Shown here piece by piece: positions 63,001 to 64,000 of a stretch of 64,000 bases of DNA. The notes below the pieces were generated by a model that saw only the letters and a program-made list of their open reading frames with translations, had not been told where the DNA came from and made no database searches. Origin of the DNA: Piromyces finnis finn (taxonomy: Eukaryota > Fungi > Neocallimastigomycota); assembly GCA_002104945.1 (NCBI GenBank), contig MCFH01000022.1, forward strand, positions 372,001 to 436,000, written 5' to 3'. A program made the position numbers and the translations under genes. Within the stretch, counting starts at the first letter, position 1, and the number at the start of each line of letters is the position of its first letter.

Positions 63001-63493
63001 TCTGTTTTCCTATATTAATATTTTCAATAGTGCTTTCATTTTTTTCATTGTTAACATTCTTTTCAATTAATACTTCATTATTATTAGAATTAAGTATATT
63101 ATTTTCCTGTTTTATATATTTTGATTCATCACCATTATACACATTTTCACTTTTATCTGTATTATTAGTATTTGAATTTACTTTCTTTTTTTCATTGTTT
63201 TTAAAAAAGGATAATGCAAAAAGATTTTGAGAACTTTTTTTATTTTTTTTATTTTTTTTATTTGAACTTAATTTTAGCTTTTTTCTATCCACTTTTATGG
63301 AAAGAACATCCTTCTTATTTTCAACAACCTTATTTAAAAAAAAAGGAGATCTTTTTAGATTATTATTTTCATTTTTTACACTATTCAGAGTATTTCGAAT
63401 ATTTGTATTATCTTCTAAATTATTAAATGAATTTCCTAATTTATCATCATCTTTTTCTATCAATTGTTTTTTAAAATCAAAATGTTCTTCCAT
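60004..63493 (-). CDS. SLX4 N-terminal-like protein: several UBZ-type zinc fingers plus an MLR-like motif; about 4 exons
   Basis: Fingers CPICNICL...REKHVNLC, CKIC...HIIHC, CFCC...HLKEC, CCFC...QHVEVC and CPCC...HIRDC. Then HLRLAKVLSKSL...SSVLSVED, a donor GTAAGC near 61270, and a next exon TQQKPSLWEMSAL...TVIEPL resembling the SLX4/MUS312 MLR (human QVALALSRS...LWEGSAL...LVPPL, from memory). Confidence 0.6.
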
Positions 63494-64000
63494 TATAAAA
63501 TGAAGACAATTATATATTTTAATATTTTTATTGCATTTATTATTATTTTTTTTAATATCTTACTTTCTTATAATACTTATTAATAAAATTTATCTTTTTA
63601 TCAATTAAATTTTAATAAATTGGAAAGTAATTTAATTTCTAAACACAATATTCATAATTAAAAAAAAAATATTTCATTATTGTTACAGAATTAAAATTTT
63701 ATTTATATTATAAATTGAATAATTTACAAGGTTAGGAAATCATAAAAAAAAAAAAAAGATTTAATATTAATATTAAAAAAATCTTTTTAAGTATTAAATG
63801 ATTTGTAAATGAAACTTAATTATAATATATAATATTGTTAAGTATAAATAGATATTTTGTTATTTTATATATAATTAAATATTGAATCTTAATTGGTATA
63901 TATTTATTCAAAATCTTTATGTTTAGATGTGTAGGTTATATTTTAAAAGTTTGAACTTAAAAGTAAGTCTGTTTCTTTCTTACTCAAAGAACTAGTATCT

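Overview
This is very AT-rich, intron-dense eukaryotic DNA, most likely from an anaerobic gut fungus (Neocallimastigomycota). The evidence is a fungal non-catalytic dockerin fused to a bacterial-type feruloyl esterase, flagellar genes, and short GT-AG introns in near-pure A/T intergenic DNA; the genus cannot be determined. The ORF track mostly captures single exons, so I assembled the gene models by hand from splice signals and boundaries are approximate. About 13 protein genes are present: a TFIIIC WD40 subunit (Tfc6-like, runs off the left edge), a GPATCH4/Tma23-like G-patch protein, LTN1/listerin, LRO1/PDAT, an intronless C2H2 transcription factor, CCDC97, NDC80, a Djp1/Caj1-like DnaJ, a large multipass membrane protein of uncertain family, a dockerin-CE1 esterase, CFAP99, DNAAF3, and an SLX4 N-terminal-like UBZ protein. 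There is also a decayed EGF/7TM receptor pseudogene, a 5'-truncated LINE remnant and several long microsatellites. The most interesting observations: (1) the esterase has a one-base frameshift inside its dockerin, then a dibasic KR site and a ~230-aa Asn tract punctuated by Trp; (2) the SLX4-like gene seems to stop without its C-terminal SAP/SLX1-binding half; (3) two flagellar genes sit head-to-head 480 bp apart; (4) an orphan promoter-like island has three CCAAT boxes at exact 24-bp spacing. No prokaryotic-type system (CRISPR, operon, rRNA, tRNA) was found.
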